Shown here piece after piece: positions 48,141 to 56,500 of a stretch of 64,000 nucleotides of DNA. A program made the translations under genes and the position numbers. The notes under the pieces were generated by a model that worked only from the letters and a program-made list of their open reading frames with translations, had not been told where the DNA came from and searched no databases. The number at the start of each line of letters is the position of its first letter. Within the stretch, counting starts at the first letter, position 1. Origin of the DNA: an uncultured Chthoniobacterales bacterium (lineage in GTDB: Bacteria > Verrucomicrobiota > Verrucomicrobiia > Chthoniobacterales > UBA10450); contig CADCTA010000097.1 in the NCBI GenBank assembly GCA_902805675.1, positions 1,059 to 65,058 on the forward strand, in the 5' to 3' direction.

Positions 48141-48842
48141 ATGAAGCAGAAATTCTCCGCCGCGTTCACGCTCATCGAGCTCCTCGTCGTCATCTCGATC
48201 ATCGCCATTCTGGCTGCCCTGGCAGTTCCGGCGCTGACGCAGGCCCTGACCAAAGGCCAGATGACCGGCACGATGAATAACGCGCGGCAGCTTTACCTGG
48301 CGGGATTCCAAATGGCGACGGACGGCGCGACCAACTCGAATCCGAACTTTTCATGGCCCGGCGATGACGACAACGTGAAGAGCTTGGAAGAGTACTGCAA
48401 CAAGCTCGTCGAGAACGACTACCTCAAACCCGGCGACCTGCAGAAAATTTTGAATGCGCCAGGTGCAAACTGCACCGTGACAAGCGGAGGTGGCGGCGGA
48501 GCTGGTGCCGCTACGACTGTGACGCTCACTCCATGCACGAGCGCGCTGAAGGTCTACAAGGTCAAAGAGACGGACGGCGCGAATACACTGTTTAGCGCGA
48601 GCGCGAACTATGAGTACGACACGGCGCTCAAGCCCACCGCGGCGCCGTATGGCGACAAAGGGTTCGTGGTCATTCGGCGCGGCGGTGATGCGAGCGTTTA
48701 CCGCAAGAACGAAGCGACAAAGGCCGGCTGGGGCGGCAATGCCGATAAGCTTGCACAGTCTGTCGGAGTTCTGCCAGCTGGGAGCGGCTCCGATTCCGCC
48801 GCGGCCCTCAAGAATCCACAGGGCACCGGCTCGACACCGTAA
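48141..48842 (+). CDS. Prepilin-type N-terminal cleavage/methylation domain protein (type II secretion/pseudopilin-like)
   Basis: Start moved to ATG 48141. 'MKQKFSAAFTLIELLVVISIIAILAALAVPA' is the class III signal/methylation motif. Confidence 0.8.
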   Translation: MKQKFSAAFTLIELLVVISIIAILAALAVPALTQALTKGQMTGTMNNARQLYLAGFQMATDGATNSNPNFSWPGDDDNVKSLEEYCNKLVENDYLKPGDLQKILNAPGANCTVTSGGGGGAGAATTVTLTPCTSALKVYKVKETDGANTLFSASANYEYDTALKPTAAPYGDKGFVVIRRGGDASVYRKNEATKAGWGGNADKLAQSVGVLPAGSGSDSAAALKNPQGTGSTP

Positions 48843-48855
48843 GACGAGGCGCTGC

Positions 48856-50601
48856 TTACCCTTTCATTCCGGTCAGCGTCACGCCACGCAGGAAGTAGCG
48901 TTGCGCGAAGAAGAAGATCGCGATGACGGGTAGCATCATCATCAGGGATGCGGCCATCAGCATTCCCATCCCTTTGCTCGTGCCGGGATCCGCGACCTGC
49001 ACCTGAAAGGCGTAGAGGCCAAACGAGAGCGGATAAAGCCGCGAGTCGTTCACGTAGATCAGCGGGCCCATGAATTCGTTCCACGACCCGAGGAACGTGA
49101 AGATCGCGATCGCGGCGAGGGTCGGCTTCACCAGCGGGAGCATGATGTGCCAGTAGATGCGGAGGAAGCCGCAGCCATCGAGACGCGCAGCATCTTCCAG
49201 GTCGCGCGGGATTCCTTTCAGGAACTGGCGCAGCAGGAAAACGTAAAACGCCGGCGCGACGAAGCTCGCGATCCAGAGCGGCTGGAGCGTGTTGTACCAG
49301 CCGAGCTTCTGCATGATGAGGAACTGCGGGATCATCGTCACCTGCACCGGCAGCATCATCGTCGCGAGGAGGAGCGCGAAGCAGACCTCGCGACCCGGCC
49401 ATTGCAGCCGCGCAAATGCGTAAGCGACGAGCGAGCAACTCAGCAGCGTGCCGACGAGATTGAGGATGACGAGGAACAGGCTCGTGCCGACGTAACGCCA
49501 GAATGGAATGTGATCGAGCGTGAGACGGTAGTTGCGGCGGATCTTCGACCACCAGGCTTCGAATTGATTCACCCGACGCAGCTCCAACGTGACTGTGAGC
49601 TGATTCGCTCGCGGCGTCATGTCGAGCGAAGTCGAGACATCCCGTGGTGCTGCCTTTCTCGTTTCGCCACCGGATTCCTCGACTCCGCTGCGCTCCGCTC
49701 GGGAGGACATTGCAGCTGGGCCTGTCGATCCTGGCCGCTCCGGATCGAGCAACGTCCAGGTGCGGATCTTCGTCAGGCGATCGTCGGGGCCGCGCTCCTG
49801 CCACGTGTTCAGGACCCAGTTATAATCTGACGATTCGAGATCGCGCACGGCACGGTAGCGCACGCCGTTCTTCTCCACGTACATGCGGACCGCGTGCCAT
49901 GTGTTGTCGTAGCGGAGCGACATCTGCAGGCGATACAGCCGGTCGACCGGGAAGCTCGTCGTGAACGTTTGCGTCAGACGTACGACATCGCCGCGCGTGA
50001 AGTCGTAGATCAGCTCGCCGAATGGCTCTTCAGCGGTTCCGCCCTGCACCAGGTGCGCCGCGCCGGCTTCCACAAGCCAGGTGTTCGCCACGCTATTGGC
50101 TGGGACGAGCACGTCTTCCTGGAGATCGAGTGACCGTGCGCGCAACTGTCCCACGCAAAAGACACGCCGGAGCTCCTGCACGATCTCGGCAACCAGCGCA
50201 GGCCGCATGTTCTCGCGGACGGCGGCCGTCAGCTGCTCGCCTGTTTGTTGCCACACCGACGCCGGTAGCACGTTGAGCAGCCGCTTGTAGATTCCGCGCG
50301 CGGTGTGTCTAACGAGGGCCGCCCGGTCGACATCAGTTGGCCATGCGATTTGGATTGATTGCAGATGCTGCTCGATAATCGGCAGCGCGTCGTCCATCCG
50401 CGGTCCCGTCACCCCATCGTACAGCCGGTCATCGACATAGGGCGATTGCACGCGCGGGATTGGTCGCTCCGGCAGCATGCGGTTCTGGCCGAACATCTCG
50501 CGATCGAGCTTCGCGGAGACAGAGGCCATCCAAAAGAATGGCCAGGCGAAGATGAGCGCGCCGATGAGGAGCGCGCCGTAGATGAGGACGCGGCGGATCA
50601 T
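48856..50601 (-). CDS. MalG-like carbohydrate ABC transporter permease with a very large extracytoplasmic insert
   Basis: Start moved to the ATG at 50601 (MIRRVLIYGALLIGALIFAW). The C-terminal ~215 aa form a MalG-type core with the EAA loop 'DLEDAARLDGCGFLRIYWHIMLP'. By my count, about 335 aa separate TM1 from TM2. Confidence 0.8.
   Translation of the reverse strand: MIRRVLIYGALLIGALIFAWPFFWMASVSAKLDREMFGQNRMLPERPIPRVQSPYVDDRLYDGVTGPRMDDALPIIEQHLQSIQIAWPTDVDRAALVRHTARGIYKRLLNVLPASVWQQTGEQLTAAVRENMRPALVAEIVQELRRVFCVGQLRARSLDLQEDVLVPANSVANTWLVEAGAAHLVQGGTAEEPFGELIYDFTRGDVVRLTQTFTTSFPVDRLYRLQMSLRYDNTWHAVRMYVEKNGVRYRAVRDLESSDYNWVLNTWQERGPDDRLTKIRTWTLLDPERPGSTGPAAMSSRAERSGVEESGGETRKAAPRDVSTSLDMTPRANQLTVTLELRRVNQFEAWWSKIRRNYRLTLDHIPFWRYVGTSLFLVILNLVGTLLSCSLVAYAFARLQWPGREVCFALLLATMMLPVQVTMIPQFLIMQKLGWYNTLQPLWIASFVAPAFYVFLLRQFLKGIPRDLEDAARLDGCGFLRIYWHIMLPLVKPTLAAIAIFTFLGSWNEFMGPLIYVNDSRLYPLSFGLYAFQVQVADPGTSKGMGMLMAASLMMMLPVIAIFFFAQRYFLRGVTLTGMKG
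49616..49710. repeat. Family-1 palindromic repeat, copy E, inside the MalG-like CDS with the reading frame preserved
   Basis: GTCATGTCGAGCGAAGTCGAGACATCCCGTGG...CCACCGGATTCCTCGACTCCGCTGCGCTCCGCTCGGGAGGACAT. It translates on the gene strand as '...MSSRAERSGVEESGGETRKAAPRDVSTSLDM...'. Confidence 0.75.
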
Positions 50602-50614
50602 TGGATCCCGGAGA

Positions 50615-50718
50615 CGTCCAACGTCCAACGTTCAACGTCCAACATTGAACTCAGAAAGGCGCGCTCTGTCATTGAAGCGTTGAGCGTTGGACGTTGAGCG
50701 TTGGACGTTGAGCGTTGG
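50615..50718. repeat. Family-3 heptamer-array hairpin, copy 2
   Basis: The left arm is CGTCCAA CGTCCAA CGTTCAA CGTCCAA CATTGAA. The right arm is TTGAGCG TTGGACG TTGAGCG TTGGACG TTGAGCG TTGG. It fills the gap between the SBP-MalF fusion and the MalG-like gene. Confidence 0.8.
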
Positions 50719-50721
50719 TTC

Positions 50722-53262
50722 TCACTCCTCATAGTGCACCCACCGCTTCGAAAGCTTCAGTTGCAGCAGCGTTAACCCGAATACCGCGAGGAAAAGAAAC
50801 CATCCGAGCGCGGAGGCGTATCCCATCTGCAAAAAGCGGAAGGCGCTGTTGAACAGGTGATACGCGTAGAACAGCGTCGAATCGACCGGACCACCTTGCG
50901 TCATGATGAACGCCTGCGTGAAAATCTGTAGCGTCGCGATCAGCGCCATCACCACATTGAAGAAGATGTAGGGCGAGAGCAGGGGAAGCGTCACATGCCG
51001 GAAGCGTTGCCACGCGCCGGCGCCGTCGAGTTCCGCCGCTTCGTAGTAGCTCGCACTGATCGCCTTCAATCCCGCGAGCCAGATGATCATGCCGCCGCCG
51101 GCCGTCCAGAGGCCCATCAGGATCAGCGCCGGTTTGCTGGTGTTTTCGTCCTCGAGCCAGTTCGGGCCGTGGATGCCGAACGTCGCGAGGAAGGTGTTCA
51201 GCAATCCGGCCTGCGGGTTAAAGATCCAGATCCAGAGAATGCTCGAAGCGACCGCCGGCACGATCGACGGCAGGTAGAAGAACGTCCGCCAAACCGCGAC
51301 GCCGCGGATCTCGAGATTCAGCAGCAACGCAATGCCGAGGCTCAGCGCGAGCCCGAGCGGAATGCCGAGGATCATGTAAAGCGTGTTGCCGATCGCTTTC
51401 CAGAATCGCGGGTCCTCCGAGAACATGTGCGCGTAGTTCGCAAAGCCGATAAAGCGCGCCGGATTGAGAATGTCGTAATCGCAGAAGCTGATGATGATGG
51501 AGAAGAGAATCGGCCCGCCGGTGAGCACGATGAAGCCGATGATCCACGGCGACGCGCAAAGCCAGCCGCCCCGCCACTGCGAGCGGAAGTAACGGCTGCG
51601 CGTGCCCTCCAACCGCGGAGCGGCTGACTCATGCTCCTGCTCTTTCCTGTGGGGTTTCAGATCAAGATCAGGATCAGGATTGAGAGCAGGAGTTCGGAAG
51701 CCGCCGCGCGTCTCCCACCAGTAAATCAACACCGCCGCGCCGATGAGCAGCAGCGCATAAACCCAGATGAAATACTTCCACGGCACCACCGGTCCGCGGG
51801 GAGGACTGAGGGTGCGGTCGAGCTGCCGCTGCACGACGCGAGTGCTCGCATCCAGCGCGGCTTGTGGCGACGTCTTGTGGAAGATCGCCTCCTCAGTCGC
51901 GCGCTTCTGCTCGTTGAAGAGCAGCTGGCCGACTGGCGTGACGGGTCGAAACGGCGACGTCTCCAGCAGGTCGTTGCAGAGCTTTACGCCATCGCGCACC
52001 TTCGCCGGAATGGCGGGATTGTTGGCGACGTATTTCTCGTAGAGCCACTGGTTGATGTGCCGATTCCCATTCTGCGTCGGCACGTAGAGGCGGCCCTGGC
52101 TTTCCATCTGCAGCCGATTGCTCTCCGCGATGATCTCGGCCGCGCGCTGGCTCGTCAGAAAGCGCAACAACTCCCAAGCCGCTTCTTTCTTCCGCGCGGT
52201 GGAAGGGATTGCGAAACACCAGCCGCTCACCCAGCTGAAGCCGCTGCGGCCTTTTGCCAATTCCGCCGCGGGCAGTGGCGGCACCGCCAGCGCGTAGTTC
52301 ACGTGATTGCCGAACTGCGCGAGGTTCTCGGGGAAATTCCAGTAGCCATCGATCTTCATCGCCACGCGCTCGGTGGTGAAGGGATCGAGCTGGCCAGTCT
52401 GCGCGCTGCCCTGGAACGCCATTACTGCTCCTGCGCCGCCGATCGAGTCGTAGACCTTCACCATCCACTCCAGCGCCTGCACCACGGGCGGTGAGTTGAG
52501 CGTCACCGTCTTCGCGTCGCGCGACATGAGCTCGCCGCCGTTCATCCAGGCGTAAATGTAGAGCCAGGCATTGCCGTAATTCGGCGCGAACCCCAGCCGC
52601 GTGATCTGTCCGCGCGCATCGCGCTCCGTCAGCTTCGGCGCCATCTCAGCGAGCTCTTCCCACGTGCGCGGCGGGCGGCCTTCGCCGTTCTCGTCCACGA
52701 ATCCGGCGCGCTTCAGCAGGTCCTTGTTATAGAAAAGCGCGCGATCATCGACGCGCTCCGGCACGCCGTAGACGCCGCGCTCACTGGTCACTGGATCGGT
52801 GTAGGTGACCTCTTCCCACGCGGCGTTGTAGTAGTTCTCCGCGCGAATCGCCTCTGCACCCCGCGTCGCAGCATCGCGCGCGACGAACTCATCCAGCTTC
52901 GCGAACGCGCCGCGCGCCGCCCATTCGCTAATCGCATAGCGGTCGAAGAGGATCAGGTCCGGCGGCTCACCCCCGGCGACGCTGACGAGGAACCGCGTCG
53001 GATCAGCCGTAAAATCACGCGACGCATTCTGCCCCCGCAGGACGCGGTAGATGGGCTGCGACGGATCCTTCGCGTGACGCGCCTCGCTTTCCGCCTCGAA
53101 GGCGCGCACGGCATCTTCGACTGCATCGTTGTTCGGCCCATTGTCGCCGAGATACGAGATCTCGATCACGCCCGGCTGGTTCCTCAGCGTGCCAGTGGGC
53201 GAAAGCAGCCACAACGCGATCCCGATCGCCAGCGCAGCGAGGAGGGTTTTCCAGACGTTCAT
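50722..53262 (-). CDS. Fusion protein: family-1-type extracellular solute-binding domain + MalF-like ABC permease
   Basis: Start moved to the ATG at 53262 (MNVWKTLLAALAIGIALWLL). About 480 aa are SBP-like ('GGEPPDLILFDRYAISEWAARGAFAKLDEF', 'AMKIDGYWNF'). A TM follows (WKYFIWVYALLLIGAAVLIYWW), then a charged linker. The rest is a MalF-type 6-TM core with the EAA loop 'SYYEAAELDGAGAWQRFRHVTLP'. Confidence 0.8.
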   Translation of the reverse strand: MNVWKTLLAALAIGIALWLLSPTGTLRNQPGVIEISYLGDNGPNNDAVEDAVRAFEAESEARHAKDPSQPIYRVLRGQNASRDFTADPTRFLVSVAGGEPPDLILFDRYAISEWAARGAFAKLDEFVARDAATRGAEAIRAENYYNAAWEEVTYTDPVTSERGVYGVPERVDDRALFYNKDLLKRAGFVDENGEGRPPRTWEELAEMAPKLTERDARGQITRLGFAPNYGNAWLYIYAWMNGGELMSRDAKTVTLNSPPVVQALEWMVKVYDSIGGAGAVMAFQGSAQTGQLDPFTTERVAMKIDGYWNFPENLAQFGNHVNYALAVPPLPAAELAKGRSGFSWVSGWCFAIPSTARKKEAAWELLRFLTSQRAAEIIAESNRLQMESQGRLYVPTQNGNRHINQWLYEKYVANNPAIPAKVRDGVKLCNDLLETSPFRPVTPVGQLLFNEQKRATEEAIFHKTSPQAALDASTRVVQRQLDRTLSPPRGPVVPWKYFIWVYALLLIGAAVLIYWWETRGGFRTPALNPDPDLDLKPHRKEQEHESAAPRLEGTRSRYFRSQWRGGWLCASPWIIGFIVLTGGPILFSIIISFCDYDILNPARFIGFANYAHMFSEDPRFWKAIGNTLYMILGIPLGLALSLGIALLLNLEIRGVAVWRTFFYLPSIVPAVASSILWIWIFNPQAGLLNTFLATFGIHGPNWLEDENTSKPALILMGLWTAGGGMIIWLAGLKAISASYYEAAELDGAGAWQRFRHVTLPLLSPYIFFNVVMALIATLQIFTQAFIMTQGGPVDSTLFYAYHLFNSAFRFLQMGYASALGWFLFLAVFGLTLLQLKLSKRWVHYEE

Positions 53263-53350
53263 CAGGCGGCGTGCATCCTGACAGCCGCGCTCCGTCGGGC
53301 AAGCCTTCGCTTGCGCCACGTCGCCTGCAGCGCGTCAGCCGTAGACGATC

Positions 53351-53644
53351 ATGGCAACCGCAGGTAAGTCTTTCAATCGCGTGACGACTTTCGAGCTTAC
53401 CGGATTCATCATCAACTCAGTTGGCACTGCCTGCTGGGCAATCTGCTTTTGGTGGATGTACCGCATCTCGAAACGGCAGGACAAGATGCTGGCCGAGTTG
53501 CACGAAGTGACGCGCCGGATCGAGCAAGTCTCAAAAGAGGAGCACGAGCTGATTCGCGAGGTTCACCCTGGTGTAGAGGAGATCAAGAAGTCAGTCGAAG
53601 GCGTTGCCGACGCGGTTTCGAAAGACGAACCACGAGGTCGATGA
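53351..53644 (+). CDS. Small membrane protein with coiled-coil tail (hypothetical)
   Basis: 97-aa ORF with one or two hydrophobic segments and a K/E-rich helix. Its stop overlaps the pxpB start (ATGA). Confidence 0.4.
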   Translation: MATAGKSFNRVTTFELTGFIINSVGTACWAICFWWMYRISKRQDKMLAELHEVTRRIEQVSKEEHELIREVHPGVEEIKKSVEGVADAVSKDEPRGR

Positions 53645-54399
53645 ACGCCGGTGCGCAGATCGCCATTCGCCCGCTGGGAGATTCGGCGCTGATCGTTCAG
53701 CTCAATTCCGAATCGCTGGACGACATCGACGAGGTGCTGCGCGTCGCGCGCCTGCTCGAGCGGGCCGCGATCGTGGGCGTAACCGAAATCACGACCGCGT
53801 TCACGACAGTTGCCGTTTTCTACGATCCAACCCGTGTTGTCGTGGGCGGCAACGAGGGGCTTTTCGATTGTCTCGAGGCGCAGGTGCGTTCCGCGCTCGC
53901 ACAGCTGTCGACTGGCGAGCCCGTGCGGTCAGCGTCCGACCAAGAAGTGATCGAGATCCCGGTGTGCTACGATCATGGCTATGCGCTCGACCTCACCGAC
54001 GTCGCCGCGCATGCCAGCCTCGCGCCGGCGGAAGTCATTGCGCTTCATTGCTCGGCTGAATACCGCGTAGCGACGGTCGGATTCACTCCTGGGTTCCCAT
54101 ATCTTTCCGGGCTGCCGTCGCAGCTCGCGACGCCCCGCCGAGCATCCCCGCGCGCTGCGGTGCCAGCCGGCTCAGTCGCGATCGGTGGCCGCCAGGCAGG
54201 CATCTACGCGGTGAGCTCGCCCGGCGGCTGGCACGTGATCGGCCGCACATCGATGCAGCTGTTCGATGTGACACGCAACCCCGCCGCGCTGCTGCGCGCC
54301 GGAGATCGCGTGCGTTTTCGATGCATCACAGCGGCTGAATTCCACGCCGCGGCTGCGGATTCGCTGCCCGAACGGGCGCAAGCGACCGCCAACAAATAG
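53641..54399 (+). CDS. pxpB: 5-oxoprolinase subunit B (KipI/allophanate hydrolase subunit 1 family)
   Basis: Start moved to ATG 53641 (MNAGAQIAIRPLGDSALIVQL). 'IEIPVCYD', 'GFTPGFPYLSGL' and 'RASPRAAVPAGSVAIGGRQAGIY' fit the KipI family. Confidence 0.85.
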   Translation: MNAGAQIAIRPLGDSALIVQLNSESLDDIDEVLRVARLLERAAIVGVTEITTAFTTVAVFYDPTRVVVGGNEGLFDCLEAQVRSALAQLSTGEPVRSASDQEVIEIPVCYDHGYALDLTDVAAHASLAPAEVIALHCSAEYRVATVGFTPGFPYLSGLPSQLATPRRASPRAAVPAGSVAIGGRQAGIYAVSSPGGWHVIGRTSMQLFDVTRNPAALLRAGDRVRFRCITAAEFHAAAADSLPERAQATANK

Positions 54400-54465
54400 C
54401 AACGCGAGGGGAGCAGTCCCGGCGGAGTTCGGCTATCGTGGAGGCCACACTTCCGCTGTCTATCC

Positions 54466-55341
54466 ATGATCAAGCCGTTTATTGCCGCCGTTGCTTTGCT
54501 GGCCGCGCTCATTTCTCCAGGGCACGCGCAGCGATCCGTGCCGAAAGTCGTCATCGCCCTTAAGCCCGACAAAAATCCGGACATGATGCAGCAGGAGCGC
54601 AAGACGCTCTCGGAGTTCCTCTCGTCGAGACTGAGCAAGCCGGTCGAGGTGATCGTTCCGCTCACGTCAGCTGTGATCCTCGAGGGGATGGCGAACGGCA
54701 CGATTGATCTCGGTTATCTGAGCGCGACCGACATGATCAATGCGCGCAAAAAGAACATCGCCGACATCCTCCTCGCGGGTGAGATCGAGGGGGATAACTC
54801 GTACAAGAGCTACTGGGTTTCGCTGAAGGAGAAGCCGTACGACGGCGTCGACGATCTGCGCGGCAAGCCGATCGCGTTCTCCGGCAAAACCAGCACCTCG
54901 GGCTATCTGATCCCGCTCTGGGACATGAAGCAGAAGGGCCTGCTCGACAAAGCAGACGCGGAGGCGTTTTTCGGGAAAGGGAATGTCTGGTTCGGAACCG
55001 GATACGTCTCCGCGATCGAGCGCGTGCTGAACGGTGAGGCGGAAGCCGCCGCAGTCAGCTACTACGTTCTCGATAAGGACAAACACCTCACCGTCGAGCA
55101 ACGTGCCAAGCTGAAGAAGGTGGCGGAGCAGGGCCCCGTGCCGACGCACGTCATTGCGATCCGCTCCAGCCTTCCGGCGAACGACCGTGAAGCGCTGCGC
55201 AAAGCGCTCGACTCAATGAACGAAGGCAGCAATGCCGCCCTGCGAGACAACGTTTTTACCTCGAAGCTCGTTCCCGTCGACGCTGAGAAGCATCTCGGTC
55301 CCCTCCGCGATGCGCTGAAATTTACCGGCGATGATCAGTGA
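54466..55341 (+). CDS. PhnD-family (phosphonate/phosphite-type) ABC substrate-binding protein
   Basis: 291-aa ORF with a signal peptide. 'MANGTIDLGYLSATDMI', 'DDLRGKPIAFSGKTSTSGYLIP' and 'VSYYVLDK' are PhnD-like. Confidence 0.85.
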   Translation: MIKPFIAAVALLAALISPGHAQRSVPKVVIALKPDKNPDMMQQERKTLSEFLSSRLSKPVEVIVPLTSAVILEGMANGTIDLGYLSATDMINARKKNIADILLAGEIEGDNSYKSYWVSLKEKPYDGVDDLRGKPIAFSGKTSTSGYLIPLWDMKQKGLLDKADAEAFFGKGNVWFGTGYVSAIERVLNGEAEAAAVSYYVLDKDKHLTVEQRAKLKKVAEQGPVPTHVIAIRSSLPANDREALRKALDSMNEGSNAALRDNVFTSKLVPVDAEKHLGPLRDALKFTGDDQ

Positions 55342-55356
55342 GCGCCGCATGCGCGT

Positions 55357-55466
55357 GGTAGGGACGCCGCGCTGCGGCGTCCGAGGCGCGTTGCTCGCGT
55401 CCAGGTACACGCCGCGCCCTGGTGTGTGGCCACGCCCATTGGACGGCGCAGCGCGCCGTCCCTACC
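55357..55466. repeat. Family-2 palindromic repeat, copy 2 (opposite orientation to copy 1)
   Basis: GGTAGGGACGCCGCGCTGCGGCGTCCGAGGCGCGTTGCTCGCG...GGACGGCGCAGCGCGCCGTCCCTACC. The internal 'CCGAGGCGCGTTGCTC' matches the reverse complement of copy 1. It lies between the SBP and ATPase genes. Confidence 0.8.
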
Positions 55467-55480
55467 TTTTCGCAACGTAA

Positions 55481-56230
55481 ATGGTCGCCCTTTCCCAAAG
55501 CGCGCCTCCGCGAACGAGCGACGAGCCCTCGCATCTGGCAATCGAAGACCTCGGGTTTCAGCGGAACGGTAAGTGGCTCTTTCGCCACCTGACGTGGCGC
55601 GTGCCGCGGGGCAGCATCATCGCCATCGTCGGGCCGTCCGGTGTCGGTAAATCGAGTCTACTCAGCTGTCTCGCCGGGCTGGTGAAACCGACGGAAGGCA
55701 AACTCACCTTCTGCTGCAACGCCGGCTGCTTCCATGACGCGCCCGATTACCAGAAGCGCGTCGGCATCATCTTCCAAAACTTCCTCCTCGCGCAGAACAG
55801 CTCACTGCTGCGCAACGTGACCGCTGGCCGGCTCGGCCGATATCCGTGGTGGCGCACGCTGATCCACATGCCGCGTGCCGATAAACTTGAAGCCGTGCGG
55901 CTGCTCATCGATCTCGGCCTCGGCGACTATGTGCATCGCCGCGCCGCCGACATCTCCGGCGGCGAACAGCAACGTGCTGCCATCGCGCGCGCCTTGTTCC
56001 AGGAACCGGAGCTGCTGCTCGCGGACGAGCCGGTCTCAAACCTCGACGCGTATCTCTGCGGCCGCGTGCTCGGCATTCTGCGCCAGCAGGCGCACGAGCA
56101 AAAGCGCACCGTCATGTGCGTGCTCCACGATGCCGCGCTCGTCGAGCGATTCGCCGATTATGCGATCAGTCTCGATCCGATGAGCCCGGAGAACTGGCGC
56201 GTGCGCAAGGTGAATGCAGCTGCGGCCTAG
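55481..56230 (+). CDS. ABC transporter ATP-binding protein (PhnC-like)
   Basis: 249-aa ORF. Motifs are Walker A GPSGVGKSS, signature ISGGEQQRAAIARAL and Walker B LLLADEPVSNLD. Confidence 0.85.
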   Translation: MVALSQSAPPRTSDEPSHLAIEDLGFQRNGKWLFRHLTWRVPRGSIIAIVGPSGVGKSSLLSCLAGLVKPTEGKLTFCCNAGCFHDAPDYQKRVGIIFQNFLLAQNSSLLRNVTAGRLGRYPWWRTLIHMPRADKLEAVRLLIDLGLGDYVHRRAADISGGEQQRAAIARALFQEPELLLADEPVSNLDAYLCGRVLGILRQQAHEQKRTVMCVLHDAALVERFADYAISLDPMSPENWRVRKVNAAAA

Positions 56231-56268
56231 GAGCGAATAGGAAGGCAATTTCCGCCCAATCAGTGCCT

Positions 56269-56361
56269 GTCATTCCGACCGGAGCGAAGCGCAGTGGAGG
56301 AATCCCGCGGCGAGAAACTAAATGTGGCACCACGGGATTCCTCGACTGCGCTCGGAATGAC
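56269..56361. repeat. Family-1 palindromic repeat, copy F
   Basis: GTCATTCCGACCGGAGCGAAGCGCAGTGGAGGAATCCCG...CGGGATTCCTCGACTGCGCTCGGAATGAC, between the ATPase and permease genes. Confidence 0.8.
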
Positions 56362-56500
56362 ATGCTTGTAAGCGGAATCTCCTGTTGGATTCACTGCAGC
56401 GTGGAGCGCCGATCGGTGGAGCCAGACGCTGTCGAGCTTCGGGAGACGCGTCGCCAGGCTCGACAGAGTCTCGCCCTACCGGGAGCTTTGGAACGAAAGA

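Noticed and set aside
53449-53640. 64-codon N-terminal extension of pxpB
   Set aside because: It is Arg-rich and overlaps the small membrane-protein ORF in another frame. The KipI-family homology begins at MNAGAQIAIRPLGD (ATG 53641).
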